Assembly (NCBI GenBank): GCA_030432195.1
Contig: JAUIHE010000001.1
Coordinates: forward strand, 4,634-68,633
Direction: 5' to 3'
From: Alphaproteobacteria bacterium
GTDB lineage: Bacteria > Pseudomonadota > Alphaproteobacteria > UBA7985 > JAUIBT01
DNA: 64,000 bases
The notes under the pieces were generated by a model that searched no databases, was not told the origin of the DNA, and saw only the letters and a program-made list of their open reading frames with translations. The translations under genes were made by a program, and so were the position numbers. This document shows, in pieces, positions 62,193-64,000 of the stretch (positions are counted from its first letter, which is position 1; every line of letters starts with the position of its first letter).

Positions 62193-64000
62193 CTATTGCC
62201 GCTGCACTGTGAAATAGCCATAGCCGCAATAGCCGTTGTACTGCTCTGCATTGGAGAGCGAACCACGGATCCAGGTGTTGTGCTTCGGCGCGGGGGAGAT
62301 GCCGTTGTGCTCGATCGTCAGATAGCCGTTGTCGTTGACATAGCCCTGCCAATAACGGCCGTCAGAATCGAAGCTCACCCGGTGGTTTTGTACCGTCATC
62401 GTGAAGTTATAGCGCGACAGGCACCACTTGGACTTGCTGGGACGGCTTGAATCGGTATAGCCGCGGCGACCGATATAGACCCCATCGTAGGGATACGGAT
62501 TGACCGGCTGACTTTCTTGCTGCTGCCAATAGAGCATCAAGCGCGCGGCTTCCGGAATTTGCTCGCTACAATGGCTGTAGTTCTGCATGAAGCGCGCGAG
62601 CGCCTGGCTGTTGCTCTCGCTTTCGGCCTGCGAGAATGCGGTTTGGCATTGACGATTGCGGCTGACCAACAAGTCAATTTGGCGGTAAGCCTCCGCCACC
62701 TGAGCACTACAGCTTGGATTTGAGCGAATGAAATCGGTGTAGTCCGCCTCAGAGTCTGAGCCATTGACCAAGTCATAACGATCACGGCACACCTGACCTT
62801 CGGCTTGTTCGCGCATTGAGCGGACTTGCGTGCGGGCCAAAGCCACCTGCGAACGGCACGCGCCGTGCCGGGAAATGAAGCGCTCCAGTGTCGCCGCGTT
62901 AGCGTCCGAACGGCCAACGCCCGCGGTTCTGGCCAGATCATCACACAGCTTGTCGAGGGTCTGCTGGGCCAATTTGGCCTCGGCCGTACACGTCTGCCGA
63001 TTGCTCCTGATATAATCCGACAGCACTGCGGGTTTCTGGCGGCTGAGCGCAGAACTGCGCGCATCATCGAAGCTGGTCTGACAGACCGAGCTGGCCTCTT
63101 GCTGACGCAAGCTCTGAATTTGCGATTTGGCTAGGGTGACTTGGGTTGCGCAGTCGCTATGCTGGGAAACAAAGCGCTCCAGCGTCGCCCGATCCGCGTT
63201 GGCCTGTCCCAGGCGGGCATCGTTCGCTAGATCTTCACACAGCTTGCCCAGCGTCTTTTTGGCGTCTCTAATTTCAACTGCACACTGGCTGGCTTTTTTG
63301 CGCAAGAAATCGGCAAGCGCACGGGTGTTTTTCGCGCCCACCGCTGCGGTTTTCACGCCATCCCATTCTTGTTGGCAAGGACTAACCTGAACTTGCGGTT
63401 TGGTGCGGCACGCCTCATCGGCCAAACAACCGCAGGCCTCGCTGGAAAAATCGGCACTGGTCAGACAGGCCTGGGTGGCAGAGCGCATTTGCTCGCACTC
63501 CAGGCGGTCCAAAAAGCGCGTCAGGCGGCTCATGTTCTTGTCGGCTAGAATGCGATCTAAGAAACGCCCTTCCACATTACAGGCGCTCAGCACATCATTC
63601 AGGCTGGCCAGCTCGCGATTAATTTCGGTGCGCTCATCGCAAAAGCTGCACTGGGTTAGGTAGTTGCGCAGGCCGTCGGCCGCGTTGCCCATGGCGGCAA
63701 GGTCGCCGCTGTCCTTGGCTTCGGCAGCGGTCTGGATCAGTTCTTCACCCAAGAAGCGTTCAACGTAGGCACGCTCCTTATCGGTCGAATAGGAAGGATA
63801 GGTCGCGCCCTGATAGGTAACGACAACATCGTCGCTTTCCATGCCGACGAAGATCGGCCGTTGTTGGAAGCTAGCGCCGCCCTGCCCCAAGGCAGCCACC
63901 CGGCGATTAATGGCAGAAGTGACGAAATTTTGCATCTCCGCAGCGGTCACCTGATAGTCGCCGTTGGCATCAGCGCGCCCTCCGTGCAGGCCAGACAACA
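62193..64000 (-). CDS. Cys-rich internal-repeat protein with an EF-hand-like loop (hypothetical); the 5' end is probably beyond the right edge
   Basis: The window contains an open frame on the minus strand up to the edge. It has a DANGDYQVTAAE (EF-hand consensus) loop near the N-terminal part visible here. There are two roughly 75-aa repeats, each with four Cys (...KKASQCAVEIRDAKKTLGKLCEDLA... / ...RQTCTAEAKLAQQTLDKLCDDLA...). The C-terminal region is Tyr/Gly-rich. Confidence 0.5.
   Translation of the reverse strand, partial: LSGLHGGRADANGDYQVTAAEMQNFVTSAINRRVAALGQGGASFQQRPIFVGMESDDVVVTYQGATYPSYSTDKERAYVERFLGEELIQTAAEAKDSGDLAAMGNAADGLRNYLTQCSFCDERTEINRELASLNDVLSACNVEGRFLDRILADKNMSRLTRFLDRLECEQMRSATQACLTSADFSSEACGCLADEACRTKPQVQVSPCQQEWDGVKTAAVGAKNTRALADFLRKKASQCAVEIRDAKKTLGKLCEDLANDARLGQANADRATLERFVSQHSDCATQVTLAKSQIQSLRQQEASSVCQTSFDDARSSALSRQKPAVLSDYIRSNRQTCTAEAKLAQQTLDKLCDDLARTAGVGRSDANAATLERFISRHGACRSQVALARTQVRSMREQAEGQVCRDRYDLVNGSDSEADYTDFIRSNPSCSAQVAEAYRQIDLLVSRNRQCQTAFSQAESESNSQALARFMQNYSHCSEQIPEAARLMLYWQQQESQPVNPYPYDGVYIGRRGYTDSSRPSKSKWCLSRYNFTMTVQNHRVSFDSDGRYWQGYVNDNGYLTIEHNGISPAPKHNTWIRGSLSNAEQYNGYCGYGYFTVQRQ

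Overview
This 64-kb window is high-GC (about 63-65%) chromosomal DNA that looks alphaproteobacterial; no organism can be named from sequence alone. It is mostly housekeeping genes. In order:

- gshB and a YifB/ComM ATPase.
- A DUF606 membrane protein, a LysE exporter and two MFS transporters. Between the MFS genes sits an unplaced, lower-GC polytopic membrane protein with its own AT-rich promoter and an intrinsic terminator.
- dapB, pip (prolyl aminopeptidase), DUF374-waaA(kdtA)-lpxK.
- The conserved minus-strand cluster lptC-lptA-lptB-rpoN-hpf-ptsN.
- A short RNase D-like exonuclease.
- A complete histidine-utilisation locus: hutF-hutC reading away from hutI-hutH-hutG-hutU. hutG carries an apparent +1 frameshift.
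- A PPP-family phosphatase, a Sel1-repeat/SPOR protein, tkt-pgk, a HAD phosphatase, an EamA transporter, full-length rnd, a DUF1311 protein and a YyaL-like thioredoxin-domain protein.
- A BioC-like methyltransferase, comF-grxC-nit-DUF1178, ccmAB, pdxY, a CitE-like lyase and an SDR.
- A very long acetoacetyl-CoA synthetase fusion ORF, sixA, a small zinc-ribbon membrane protein, sppA, PBP1A (mrcA), and a partial Cys-rich repeat protein at the right edge.

No mobile elements, integrases, tRNAs, rRNAs or CRISPR arrays were seen.

The things most worth a second look are:
- lptB is continuous in frame with a roughly 700-aa repeat-rich, disordered N-terminal region.
- A 1287-aa ORF fuses acetoacetyl-CoA synthetase, through a repeat linker, to a second PaaK-like adenylating domain whose P-loop is degenerate.
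- A tandem array of 5.5 hairpin-forming repeats of 52-56 bp lies between two convergent genes.
- 12-bp tandem repeats run into the start codon of the short RNase D-like gene.
- Perfect short in-frame tandem nucleotide repeats occur in at least seven genes.
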